From positions 1 to 33,582 of the forward strand of contig MHDQ01000083.1 of the NCBI GenBank assembly GCA_001803565.1: DNA of 33,582 nucleotides, written 5' to 3'. A program made the translations under genes and the position numbers. The notes below the pieces were generated by a model. That model did no database searches. It had not been told where the DNA came from and worked only from the letters and a program-made list of their open reading frames with translations. The stretch comes from Nitrospinae bacterium RIFCSPLOWO2_12_FULL_45_22. Lineage in GTDB: Bacteria > 2-12-FULL-45-22. Shown in pieces: positions 18,074 to 27,482 of the stretch. Each line of letters starts with the position of its first letter. Position 1 is the first letter of the stretch.

Positions 18074-19348
18074 ATGACGGTATTATTAGTGGGTTTAAGC
18101 CATAAGACTGCTCCGGTAGAGATAAGGGAAAAACTGGCTTTTTCTGAAAGAAGTCTAAAGAGTTCCTTTGCCTATTTAAACAATTATCCAGAACTAAAAG
18201 AAAAAGTCATCCTGTCTACCTGTAACCGAGTGGAACTCTATGCCGAGGCTAAAGAGCTAGAAGCTGCCGTTCAATCTATAAAAAACTTCCTGGCTTCCTA
18301 TCATAATATTTCCCTGGGAGAGTTTGAAAAATATCTTTATTCCCTCTATCATCAAGAGGCCATAACCCACCTCTTCCGCGTATCATCCAGCATGGATTCT
18401 ATGATTGTAGGAGAACCTCAGATACTGGGGCAGGTAAAGGATGCTTATTTATTGGCAAGAGAGGCCAATGCTACTGGTATAGTCCTCAACCAGGTTTTTG
18501 AAAAGGCCTTCTCGGTGGCTAAATTAATCCGTACTGAGACCCGTATCTGTGAAAGCGCTGTTTCCGTCAGTTTTGCTGCAGTAGAACTGGCTAAGAAAAT
18601 ATTTGGGGAGTTGAGAGGCAAAACTGTCTTACTCATAGGGGCTGGAGAGATGGCGGAATTGGCCGCTCGACATCTATCAAACCAAGGCGTAGAAACAATA
18701 CTGGTTGCTAATAGAACGTTTGACCGGGCACAGGAGTTGGCTAATGAGATGGGGGGGAAAGCAGTGAGGTTTGATGGACTAGAGAAAGAATTGCCCCATA
18801 CGGATATTGTTATTAGTTCTACCGCCGCACCCCATTATATCATGGGCAAAAACCTGATAGCTAATATCCTCAAAGCCCGTAAGAATAGGCCCATGTTCTT
18901 TATAGATATTGCCGTACCCAGGAATATAGACCCGGCTATTAACGAAATTGATAATGTTTATCTATATGATATTGACGACTTACATAATGTAGTTGAGGCT
19001 AACCTCAAGGAAAGAGAAAAAGAAGCCCTGAGAGGAGAAGAAATAATCAGAAAAGAAACCCTGAACCTTATCCGGTGGTTAGAAACCCTAAATGCGGTTC
19101 CTACGATAAAGCTCTTGCGGGATAAGGCGGAGAGAATAAGAAGCCAGGAGATAGAAAAAACCCTTAGGCGATTGAATCATCTCTCTGAAAAGGATAAAGA
19201 AGCTATTAATGTCTTAACTATGAGTATAATTAATAAGATATTACATAACCCGATCGTAAATATAAAAAAGGAAATAGAGTCTCCGAACGGCTTTCAGTTA
19301 CTCGATTTAACCAAACGCCTCTTTGATCTAGAAGGGAATCTGGACTGA
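18074..19348 (+). CDS. hemA: Glutamyl-tRNA reductase
   Basis: LSTCNRVE, GEPQILGQVK, IGAGEM, DIAVPRNI. Confidence 0.97.
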   Translation: MTVLLVGLSHKTAPVEIREKLAFSERSLKSSFAYLNNYPELKEKVILSTCNRVELYAEAKELEAAVQSIKNFLASYHNISLGEFEKYLYSLYHQEAITHLFRVSSSMDSMIVGEPQILGQVKDAYLLAREANATGIVLNQVFEKAFSVAKLIRTETRICESAVSVSFAAVELAKKIFGELRGKTVLLIGAGEMAELAARHLSNQGVETILVANRTFDRAQELANEMGGKAVRFDGLEKELPHTDIVISSTAAPHYIMGKNLIANILKARKNRPMFFIDIAVPRNIDPAINEIDNVYLYDIDDLHNVVEANLKEREKEALRGEEIIRKETLNLIRWLETLNAVPTIKLLRDKAERIRSQEIEKTLRRLNHLSEKDKEAINVLTMSIINKILHNPIVNIKKEIESPNGFQLLDLTKRLFDLEGNLD

Positions 19349-19353
19349 ACCAC

Positions 19354-19400
19354 TGGTCATTAGTCAATGGTCATTAAAACAAATGACAGATGACTAATGG
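19354..19400. repeat. GTCATTA/TGACTAA heptamer hairpin between hemA and hemC
   Basis: TGGTCATTAGTCAATGGTCATT...AATGACAGATGACTAATG; same core type as 7578-7626. Confidence 0.6.
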
Positions 19401-19415
19401 ATAATTTAGGCTAAA

Positions 19416-20339
19416 ATGAAAAAAGTTATAAAGATCGGCACTAGAAGGAGTGCCCTGGCATTACAGCAGGCCCATTGGGTAAGAGAAAGGCTTTGTCTCC
19501 TCGATAAAGACCTGGATATCCAGCTAGTAAAAATAAGAACTAAAGGGGATAAGCTCCTGGATGCCCCATTAGCTAAGATTGGTGGGAAAGGGCTCTTTGT
19601 TAAAGAAATAGAAGAAGCCCTGCTAGAGGGCTATATAGACCTCGCAGTCCATAGTATGAAAGACCTGCCTACAGACTTGCCACCAGGGTTGATTATTGGG
19701 GCTATCCCGGTTAGGGAAGATCCGCGGGATGTCCTAATTACTACTTCAACCCCTTCTTTCAGAGATTTAAGAGAGAGGGCCCGGTTAGGGACTAGTAGCC
19801 TGCGGCGTAAAGCCCAACTCCTCCATTATCGGCCTGATTTAGAGATCATACCTATTAGGGGCAACCTGGATACCCGTATCAGAAAGCTGGAGCCTGAAAA
19901 GCTAGATGGTATTGTGGTAGCAGGGGCGGGCTTAATTCGGATGGGCTGGAGGGATAAGATTGTTGAATTTCTTGATCCGGGAATCTGCCTACCCGCCCCG
20001 GGGCAAGGGGCACTTGCTATAGAGATTCGGGAAGATTCTTGGGAAGAGCTGTCCCTCCTTCATTCCCTGAATGATCTAGATACTTGCCTGGCAGTTACGG
20101 CAGAGAGGGCTTTTTTGAAAGGACTGGGTGGTGGTTGCCAGATCCCTATAGCAGCCTTAGGGGAAATTAGGGGTCCTGAACTTCATCTAACCGGCGTGGT
20201 AAGCAGTCCGGAGGGAGACATCTTTCGGCGTGAGGTAATCACCGATAACAAAGAGGGTTCCGAAAGGCTCGGTTTAACCTTGGCAGAAAGAATTCTTGAT
20301 AAGGCAATAGCAGAAGTCCTGGCGAAGATCTCTTCCTAA
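19416..20339 (+). CDS. hemC: Hydroxymethylbilane synthase (porphobilinogen deaminase)
   Basis: IGTRRSALA, GKGLFVKE, VHSMKD, GTSSLRR, GGGCQIP. Confidence 0.97.
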   Translation: MKKVIKIGTRRSALALQQAHWVRERLCLLDKDLDIQLVKIRTKGDKLLDAPLAKIGGKGLFVKEIEEALLEGYIDLAVHSMKDLPTDLPPGLIIGAIPVREDPRDVLITTSTPSFRDLRERARLGTSSLRRKAQLLHYRPDLEIIPIRGNLDTRIRKLEPEKLDGIVVAGAGLIRMGWRDKIVEFLDPGICLPAPGQGALAIEIREDSWEELSLLHSLNDLDTCLAVTAERAFLKGLGGGCQIPIAALGEIRGPELHLTGVVSSPEGDIFRREVITDNKEGSERLGLTLAERILDKAIAEVLAKISS

Positions 20340-20342
20340 TAA

Positions 20343-20464
20343 TAACCGCAAACCAGACATAAAATACAGTAAGGAGTGAGTAGTGAACCGTGAGGAGTTA
20401 ACACCTTACTGCTCACTCTTTGCGCTATTTTTAACCCGGTTAACTGAACCCCGTGAACTGTTAC
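20343..20464. repeat. Degenerate element with GTGAGNA heptamers and a GTGAACTGTTAC end
   Basis: GTAAGGA-GTGAGTA-GTGAACC-GTGAGGA ... CCTTACTGCTCACTC; family TIR at 20453-20464. Confidence 0.45.
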
Positions 20465-20474
20465 TAATCACGGT

Positions 20475-21116
20475 TTAAGTAGGTTGCGAAGGAGAGGGAT
20501 TAGTAGTAGTTCCTTTAAAGAATATCTCTACTAGGGCAGAGGCTTTTGGTGTTAAAGAGCCTTTCTTTTTGTCGGAAGTAAGCCAGTAAATGATGATAGA
20601 GTTTAACATACCTAGAAGGGCATAAGAGGCTTCCCTGGGATTAAGTCCTTTTAGTTCTCCTCGTTTAATACCCCCTTCAATAATTTCGGCTATCATATCA
20701 ACATATTTTAAGTAAATCTTATGTACCTCATTTCCTATTTCATCTCGTGCAACCCCTTCAAATGCGGCTCGTTGCGTAAGGAAGATTTTAAAAAAATTGC
20801 TATTCTTCTCAAAAAACGATAGATGGGCATTGATCAACGAGGTTATCTTCTCTTCCAAACTTCCCCTGACATTGGCCAACTCTTTCCCGATAAATTGAAA
20901 AAGTTCCTCACTCTTTTCTTCAATTACCGTCAGATAAAGGTCAGCCTTATTTTTAAAGAAGTTATAAAGAGTTCCAGTAGCAAACTCTGCAATCTGGGCA
21001 ATTTCAGCCATAGTTGATTTATGAAAACCTTTTTTAGAAAAGATTAGCTCTGCTGCCCTCAGTACCGCCGAACGTCTCTCACGATACTCCCTTTCTTTAC
21101 GACCCACTCTTCTCAT
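20475..21116 (-). CDS. TetR/AcrR family transcriptional regulator
   Basis: AAELIFSKKGFHKSTMAEIA...GTLYNFFKNK HTH. Confidence 0.93.
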   Translation of the reverse strand: MRRVGRKEREYRERRSAVLRAAELIFSKKGFHKSTMAEIAQIAEFATGTLYNFFKNKADLYLTVIEEKSEELFQFIGKELANVRGSLEEKITSLINAHLSFFEKNSNFFKIFLTQRAAFEGVARDEIGNEVHKIYLKYVDMIAEIIEGGIKRGELKGLNPREASYALLGMLNSIIIYWLTSDKKKGSLTPKASALVEIFFKGTTTNPSPSQPT

Positions 21117-21266
21117 ATCTCACCACTCCTCTACAAAATACCCCCGGCATTCTTCGTTACCCAATAAACTTTATCTATTATAAACTTTTTTATGACAAAA
21201 ACAACCCTCGCTCAACAGCTACTAGTAAGGTAACGCTACAACCGGCTAGTTAATTCTTCAATATTT

Positions 21267-21309
21267 TGAACAGTGATTCATAATATAAACAAATCCTCAA
21301 AAATGTCAA
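21267..21309 (-). promoter_or_regulatory. tetR promoter with adjacent palindromic operator
   Basis: Minus strand TTGACA-16 nt-TATATT followed by TGAA-tcactg-TTCA (21267-21280). Confidence 0.55.
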
Positions 21310-21397
21310 TAGTATCTTTTGAAAAAAATGTAGCCGTTCACCGTAGAGACACAGCGGCACAAGGAGTAGACTTAAACCAGATTACGAAAAAACTTAG

Positions 21398-21426
21398 TTG
21401 ACAATGAGACAAATATTTATTATTTT
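21398..21426 (+). promoter_or_regulatory. Putative sigma-70 promoter for the MoaD/ThiS gene
   Basis: TTGACA-17 nt-TATTTT. Confidence 0.5.
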
Positions 21427-21534
21427 GAACTTAATCTAATTTTAATGTAGCGGCAAAGTCTTGTCTTTATCTGAAAACCATTCATTAATAAATATTCGCT
21501 CTGGATTAAGGATTAAAGAAAGGAGAAGGTCTTA

Positions 21535-21828
21535 ATGACGGTAAAAATCCATATCCCCACTCCCTTACAGCCTCTGACCAATAATCAAGCTGCGGTGGAA
21601 GTTCAGGGGAAGACCATAAAGGAGGTGTTGTTAGAGTTAGAGCACCAGTTCCCTGAGGTAAGGAAGAGGCTTTATGACGATAATGGTAACCTGCGGCGTT
21701 TCATTAATATCTATATTAACGAAGAGGACATAAGATTCTTAAATGGACCGGACACAGAAGTTAATGACAATGATGAGATCTCTATCATCCCTGCCATAGC
21801 TGGCGGTAAAGAAAGATTTGCACTTTAA
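21535..21828 (+). CDS. MoaD/ThiS/CysO-like ubiquitin-fold sulfur carrier
   Basis: IPTPL, RRFINIYINEEDIRFL, IIPAIAGG followed by a KERFAL extension. Confidence 0.92.
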   Translation: MTVKIHIPTPLQPLTNNQAAVEVQGKTIKEVLLELEHQFPEVRKRLYDDNGNLRRFINIYINEEDIRFLNGPDTEVNDNDEISIIPAIAGGKERFAL

Positions 21829-21833
21829 CAAAA

Positions 21834-23129
21834 TTACCGTCCCTTCTCTTTTTCCCCAATGGCATTTATGGGTAACTCGATAGTGAAGGTGGTACCTATA
21901 CCTTGTTGGCTTTCTACCCAGATCTTTCCTTTATGCTTTTCAATTATACTATAACTAATACTTAGACCTAACCCCACACCCTCACCTCTGGCCTTGGTAG
22001 TGAAGAAAGGGTCGAATATCTTGTTTATAAATTTTTTAGGGATACCCTTTCCATTATCTCTGATAGAGGTTATTACTTTATCACCCTGGGGACAAGTAGT
22101 AATCCAGACATCGCCTTTGCCCGGGATAGCCTCACCTGCATTGGCCAAAAGATTCATAAACACCTGGTTTAGATGGCTAGCATATCCCATTATTTTAGGT
22201 ATATTGCCGTAATTTTTATGTAGAGTAATCCTATGTTTGTAAAGGTGGGACAGGAGGGCAAGGGTATTTTCCATACATCCGTGGATATCTACCTCATGAG
22301 GTTCCTTCTCATCTCTCCGGGAAAAACTCCTCAGGTTCCAGACTAGTTCCTTGGTACGTTCTGCCCCATCATAGAAAGCCTGAATCAGTTTATCTAAATC
22401 CTTTAGGATGAAGTCCAGTTCAACCTCGTTCTTGGTCTTCTCGATCAACTCTACGTCGGCTCTATTAGAAGGGATAGTTATGGAATAAAACTGTAGCACC
22501 CGCTTTAGTCTATTAATATAATCTCGGAGATGATCCAGGTTACTATAGATGAAATTTATCGGGTTATTCAGCTCATGGGCTACCCCGGCGACTAGCTGCC
22601 CCAGAGAAGCCATCTTTTCCGCATGAATCAACTGGGCTTGAGTATTCCTTAGCTTCTTGTAAGCCCTTTTTAATTTATTCTCTGTCTTGATCCGTAAATT
22701 TAGATAGACCCTGGCCAATTGGTCTTTCCCTACTCCCAGGACATGGTTGGCAATCTTTAGCAGCTTAGGGATATCCTGGTTAGGGGCGTCTTGCATAACA
22801 CTGTGCCAGACATTTTCTTCCAAAACTTTAAAGGCGGTCAAGGTCTCATCCAGCTTATAGCCTTGCAAAGACCTCTCCCCAGAAATCTTGCTCATATAAG
22901 ATAAGAAAGGGGCTATCTCATTTTCTCTGATGGAAGCCAGAAAGGCATCCAAAAAGGCATTACCTCGTTTATAAACTTCATCAAACTCTAATAATTTATA
23001 ATGCTTAAGCTTCCGTACCTCATTAACAAAATTTAGGGCAATCTGTTCGCTCTTCGCTTCTACTATACCTGCCAATAATCGATTCATAACCAGATCCTCT
23101 GAGATATTACTGCCTCGGTTCATTTTCAC
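21834..23129 (-). CDS. Cytoplasmic sensor histidine kinase with an RsbRD_N-like N-terminal domain
   Basis: H-box EKMASLGQLVAGVAHELNNP, N-box NQVFMNLLANA, DNGKG, FDPFFTTK, GLGLS; no TM segment; start uncertain. Confidence 0.9.
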   Translation of the reverse strand: MKMNRGSNISEDLVMNRLLAGIVEAKSEQIALNFVNEVRKLKHYKLLEFDEVYKRGNAFLDAFLASIRENEIAPFLSYMSKISGERSLQGYKLDETLTAFKVLEENVWHSVMQDAPNQDIPKLLKIANHVLGVGKDQLARVYLNLRIKTENKLKRAYKKLRNTQAQLIHAEKMASLGQLVAGVAHELNNPINFIYSNLDHLRDYINRLKRVLQFYSITIPSNRADVELIEKTKNEVELDFILKDLDKLIQAFYDGAERTKELVWNLRSFSRRDEKEPHEVDIHGCMENTLALLSHLYKHRITLHKNYGNIPKIMGYASHLNQVFMNLLANAGEAIPGKGDVWITTCPQGDKVITSIRDNGKGIPKKFINKIFDPFFTTKARGEGVGLGLSISYSIIEKHKGKIWVESQQGIGTTFTIELPINAIGEKEKGR

Positions 23130-23354
23130 AACACCATGCCAATCCTTTTCCCCCTAGTTCTTCAAATACCATCTACTACTAACTATATTTGGTATTCAGG
23201 GTAGCAATTTTTGCCACCCATAACTGAGGGATTACAAGAAATATTTGACTTTTTATTATATCATAGTTTACAAATAGAGGAGGTTATTTCCCAACGGTAA
23301 TTTCTAGGTTAGAATGTCTTTGGTTTGGTGAATACTTACGATTGAAGTATTGTC

Positions 23355-23873
23355 ATGAGGCGCTTGAAGCTAGATCTCCATACCCATTGTTTTGAATTGA
23401 TACGGTACTCAGAGATAAGTATCAATTTTATAGCTAAATTAGTTGCAAGTATTAAGGCCAAGGGATTGGATGGTATTGCTATCACAGAACATCATAATAG
23501 TGATTATGGCTATAAAGTAAAAGAGATAGTGAAGCATAGTTTCTCTAGTGAGGTTCTTATTATACCTGGGCAGGAGATTAATGTCTGGCCAGTGCAGATT
23601 GTAGAACTTTACCTGGATGATACAATAACCTTTCGCTTTTTAGCTCATCCAGGGTATCCTGGCGATTATTACGATGGTATGGCAGACTTGCATGGTATAG
23701 AACTATACAACCCTTTGCATGACTGGCATATAGATAAACAGAAAGTTAAAGAAATAGCCCATAAGTACCAACTCCTCCTCCTGGCCAATAGTGATGCCCA
23801 CAATATTGACGACATCGGCTCATATTATACTGAGCTTTTCCTGGAGGATTTAATCTCTCGCGCGAAGGGGTAA
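23355..23873 (+). CDS. PHP-domain metal-dependent phosphoesterase
   Basis: DLHTH, AITEHH, PGQE, AHP, NSDAH. Confidence 0.88.
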   Translation: MRRLKLDLHTHCFELIRYSEISINFIAKLVASIKAKGLDGIAITEHHNSDYGYKVKEIVKHSFSSEVLIIPGQEINVWPVQIVELYLDDTITFRFLAHPGYPGDYYDGMADLHGIELYNPLHDWHIDKQKVKEIAHKYQLLLLANSDAHNIDDIGSYYTELFLEDLISRAKG

Positions 23874-24031
23874 AGACTTACCAGCGGATATTTGCTGGTG
23901 TGATCCTCATTGTCCTAAACAAAGGAAAAGAGGAATTCTCAAAAAAATCTTGAAAAAGCTCCCTACCTATGATAAAGAAGTATTCTATTTTAGTACTGAT
24001 TTTCTACTATTTTCTGGACGATATATTTTAA

Positions 24032-24123
24032 GTAAGCATTCGCCCGGGTAACCTTTCACTGCCACAAAGGCACAAAGACCCCAAGAAAGCGTAAAACGCA
24101 AAGCTAAAGGTGCAAAGCTGAGG
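24032..24123. repeat. Half copy of the 27293-27437 element
   Basis: 24060-24123 matches the reverse complement of 27374-27437 at 60/64; preceded by GTAAGCATTCG and GTAACCTTTCAC TIR variants. Confidence 0.8.
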
Positions 24124-24145
24124 GGGCGGTTAGGGGGAGGAAGAA

Positions 24146-26098
24146 ATGGGCAGGCTAAGGGCTGTTTTTTGCCAATACCTACCTAAGGTGGTTCTCCTTT
24201 GTGCGGTATTATTTAATCCTTGCTATAGCGCTGGGGCAAAAGAGGGCTCAAAGCATGATCTGTTCCCATTACTTAAAGGCCTGGAGGGGAAGGTCTCTTT
24301 CTGGGAGAAAATATTTATCCAATATAACTCTTATCAGGCAATTATCCATGACTTTAATTATCCGGAGATCATCTATGAGGTTATAGACTTTGATCCTAAC
24401 AGCCTTGATGGACGAATAAAGGCCCGAAAGATAAAAGCCGCTCAATGGAAATATAGTCAAATCCTGAGAGCTATCCATTATAAGCAATTTAAGCCCTCTC
24501 AATTAAATCATAAGGAGAGGACCATTTATCAAAAATTTCTGTATATTAAGGGTAGTAGAAAGTTTTTGTGGGCCTCCCAGAATGTCCACTGTCAGTGGGG
24601 GATAAAAGACAAGTTTGAAGAGGGCCTTATCCGCTCAGGACGCTATCAATCGTGGATGAAGAAGGTATTTGCTGAAGAGGGCCTTCCCCTGGAATTAACC
24701 TACTTACCTCATGTAGAATCTTCTTTTAACTACAAGGCATACTCCAGAGTTGGTGCTGCTGGTATCTGGCAATTTGTCCACTCTACCGGGAAACTATTTT
24801 TGCGGATAGACCCTTACATTGATGAGAGGCTGGACCCGCTTCTCTCGAGCCGGGCTGCGGCTAAACTACTAAAGAAAAATTATTATTATCTGGGCAATTG
24901 GCCCCTGGCTATAACGGCTTATAATCACGGTCTGCCTGGGATACTGAGGGCAGTAAACCGTACCGGGAGCAGTAACCTGGCGTCCATTATCGCCCGCTAC
25001 CAGAGCCCGGCCTTTGGTTATGCCTCCAAGAATTTTTATGCTGAATTTTTAGCTGCACTAAGGGTTGCTCAGGACTATAGGAGATATTTTGGCGATCTAA
25101 AGATTGAGCCCCCTTTGCAGTACCGCACGATTACTCTCCCGGACTATTTAGATATTGCCGATATTAAACGCTATTTTTCTTTAACTGACAAAGAAATAGG
25201 AACTTATAACCCCTCATTGCTCTTACCTGTCCTGGAATCGCAAGTCTATATACCTAAAGGGTTTCAGTTGAGGGTACCTATAAATATAGGTCCTGACCTG
25301 AATCAGCTCTATGCTCGAATACCTGCCCAGAAGAGATATAATCAGCCTAAAAGTCTTACCAGATACCGGGTAAAGAAAGGGGATACTTTATTATCTATCG
25401 CCAAAAACTTCAAAGTTAGCCTTAAAGGACTTAAAGAGATAAATGGGATAGGTAGATCTTCTTTTATCAGGGTAGGCCAGACTATTCGCTTGCCCCAATC
25501 TATCTCCCCAAGGGTCTCAGAGACTATTTTGGCTGCAGCCACTCCCCCGGAAAATCTGGGACGTCAAATGCCAGAAGAAAGTAATCATCCTGGCCCGGAC
25601 AAAAGGAGGAGCAAAAAAAAGGATAATCTGAAAGCCGAGATAAAGCCAATAAAACCAATGCCTATTAAAACGATAACAAATAAAAAGGGGTTTAACATGG
25701 GCTGGGTGATGGTTGAGCCCCAGGAGACTTTGGAACACTTTGCTGGCTGGTGTGATATACCGGTTCAGAAACTGCGACGCTTAAATGGACTGCGGCCCCG
25801 GCAACCTATCAAAGTGAATCAACGTATCAAGGTGATATTTTCCCGGGTGGATATAGAAGATTTCAGGAATCGCCGGTTCGAGTATCACAAGGCCCTTCAA
25901 GAGAAATTCTTAGCTAACCACCAGGTAAAGAAAACTGTTACCCATACTCTTAAAGAGAAGGAAAATGTATGGTATCTTTGCCAGAATGTCTATCAGATCC
26001 CTTACTGGCTCGTGAGGAAATATAACCCTGACAAAGATTTAGCACGACTTGATAAGGGTGATAAACTGGTTATTCCTATAATAAAAAGTATGGATTAA
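24146..26098 (+). CDS. Lytic transglycosylase (SLT) with LysM domains, MltD-like
   Basis: LPHVESSF (catalytic Glu), AAGIWQF, AYNHG, LysM YRVKKGDTLLSIA; N-terminal hydrophobic segment. Confidence 0.9.
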   Translation: MGRLRAVFCQYLPKVVLLCAVLFNPCYSAGAKEGSKHDLFPLLKGLEGKVSFWEKIFIQYNSYQAIIHDFNYPEIIYEVIDFDPNSLDGRIKARKIKAAQWKYSQILRAIHYKQFKPSQLNHKERTIYQKFLYIKGSRKFLWASQNVHCQWGIKDKFEEGLIRSGRYQSWMKKVFAEEGLPLELTYLPHVESSFNYKAYSRVGAAGIWQFVHSTGKLFLRIDPYIDERLDPLLSSRAAAKLLKKNYYYLGNWPLAITAYNHGLPGILRAVNRTGSSNLASIIARYQSPAFGYASKNFYAEFLAALRVAQDYRRYFGDLKIEPPLQYRTITLPDYLDIADIKRYFSLTDKEIGTYNPSLLLPVLESQVYIPKGFQLRVPINIGPDLNQLYARIPAQKRYNQPKSLTRYRVKKGDTLLSIAKNFKVSLKGLKEINGIGRSSFIRVGQTIRLPQSISPRVSETILAAATPPENLGRQMPEESNHPGPDKRRSKKKDNLKAEIKPIKPMPIKTITNKKGFNMGWVMVEPQETLEHFAGWCDIPVQKLRRLNGLRPRQPIKVNQRIKVIFSRVDIEDFRNRRFEYHKALQEKFLANHQVKKTVTHTLKEKENVWYLCQNVYQIPYWLVRKYNPDKDLARLDKGDKLVIPIIKSMD

Positions 26099-26111
26099 AG
26101 CCCTTATTAGC

Positions 26112-26305
26112 TTGACATTGTCACATTTACTGAGAGCAACCCGGCTTAACAAACTCTAAATCCCAAGCACTAAACCCTAAACAATATCAAAAGCCTAAAT
26201 CCAAATGTCAAAACCATTTTAAACTTTTGAATTTTGGTCATTTGAATTTGTTTAGGATTTAGAATTTAGGATTTATCTACCTAATGTCTAATGTGACAAT
26301 GTCAA
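26112..26305. repeat. MITE-like element: perfect 16-bp TIR enclosing a heptamer-periodic hairpin
   Basis: TTGACATTGTCACATT (26112-26127) / AATGTGACAATGTCAA (26290-26305); inner element 26151-26274. Confidence 0.75.
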
Positions 26306-26315
26306 ATTAGGAATC

Positions 26316-27296
26316 TTGAATAAAGTTTACCAATTAGTCTCCACTAATACAGAAACAGGCCAGAGGCTAGACCTCTTTTTAGCCAAACAGGATATCTCTT
26401 TATCCCGGGCCCAGATCCAGCGGTTGATTAGAGCAGGTAGGGTCACCGTTAATCAATCTTTGGTAAAGGCCCACCATAAACTCAAAGAAGGAGACCAGAT
26501 AGAGGTAGTCGTCCCTCCACCCACGGAATCAAAGATCCAGTCAGAACCTATACCCCTGGATATTGTTTATGAAGATGATTCCTTGCTGGTGATAAATAAG
26601 ACCTGGGGAATGGTGGTGCATCCAGCGGCCGGGAATTATACCGGGACTTTAGTAAATGCCTTATTATTTCACTGCCACGACCTGTCAGGGATCGGGGGGC
26701 AAGAGAGGCCCGGGATCGTCCATCGGCTGGATAAGGATACCTCCGGGTTATTGGTAGTGGCCAAGGATGATTATACCCATCAGCAACTGGCTAAGCAATG
26801 GCAAAAACGGACTATAAAACGGGAATATCTGGCCTTAGTCAAAGGAGAAATGCTTAAAGACCAGGGAGAGATAAATATACCCATTGGCCGCCATCCCTTG
26901 CACCGGAAGAAAATGTGGCCTAATAGGATAAAGGGGAGACCCGCTATTACTCTATATCGAGTACAGGAACGTTTCAGAGACTTTACCTTGCTTAAAATCG
27001 TTCTAAAAACCGGTAGGACCCACCAGATCCGCGCCCATATGGCTTACCTGAAATATCCTATCGTGGGCGATCTGGTCTATGGCAGGAAACTGGTAATAAA
27101 GGACTATTCGCCAGAGTTACAAGAAAAGATTAAGGGATTAAAAGGACAGGCCCTACATGCTGCTACTTTAGGTTTTATCCATCCTAAGAGAGGGGAATAT
27201 ATGGAATTCCATGCCCCTTTACCCGATGAGTTCCAGGAACTATTGATGGCTTTAAGGAGGGAGAGGCTTTCAGTAAGTCAGGTTCTATTTTTGTAA
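26316..27296 (+). CDS. rluD: RluA-family pseudouridine synthase (RluD-like, S4 domain)
   Basis: RLDLFL S4 domain, [32 protein letters not shown] start. Confidence 0.93.
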   Translation: MNKVYQLVSTNTETGQRLDLFLAKQDISLSRAQIQRLIRAGRVTVNQSLVKAHHKLKEGDQIEVVVPPPTESKIQSEPIPLDIVYEDDSLLVINKTWGMVVHPAAGNYTGTLVNALLFHCHDLSGIGGQERPGIVHRLDKDTSGLLVVAKDDYTHQQLAKQWQKRTIKREYLALVKGEMLKDQGEINIPIGRHPLHRKKMWPNRIKGRPAITLYRVQERFRDFTLLKIVLKTGRTHQIRAHMAYLKYPIVGDLVYGRKLVIKDYSPELQEKIKGLKGQALHAATLGFIHPKRGEYMEFHAPLPDEFQELLMALRRERLSVSQVLFL

Positions 27297-27437
27297 CCGT
27301 TCAGCCACCAAGACACTAAGGCACTAATAGGCTCAAAACGTAAAGCGCAAAGTGCAAAACTAAAGTAATTATTCCTCAGCTTTGCACCTTTAGCTTTACG
27401 TTTTACGCTTTCTTGGGGTCTTCGTGCCATAGTGGCA
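27293..27437. repeat. Layered palindromic element starting at the rluD stop codon
   Basis: GTAACCGTTCAG-CCACCAAGACAC... AAAACGT/AAAGCGC heptamer core ...GTCTTCGTGCCATAGTGGC. Confidence 0.75.
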
Positions 27438-27482
27438 CGATAAAGCTTGCCTATTTTTTCGAAGGAGAGGAGGAAGGGAAAA

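Noticed and set aside
23203-23216. Sigma-54-like TGGCAAAAATTGCT upstream of the histidine kinase (minus strand)
   Set aside because: GG-GC spacing is 8 nt, not the required 10.
27433-27450. TGGCACGATAAAGCTTGC as a sigma-54 promoter for the SDR
   Set aside because: Wrong spacing, and the TGGCAC belongs to the repeat arm.
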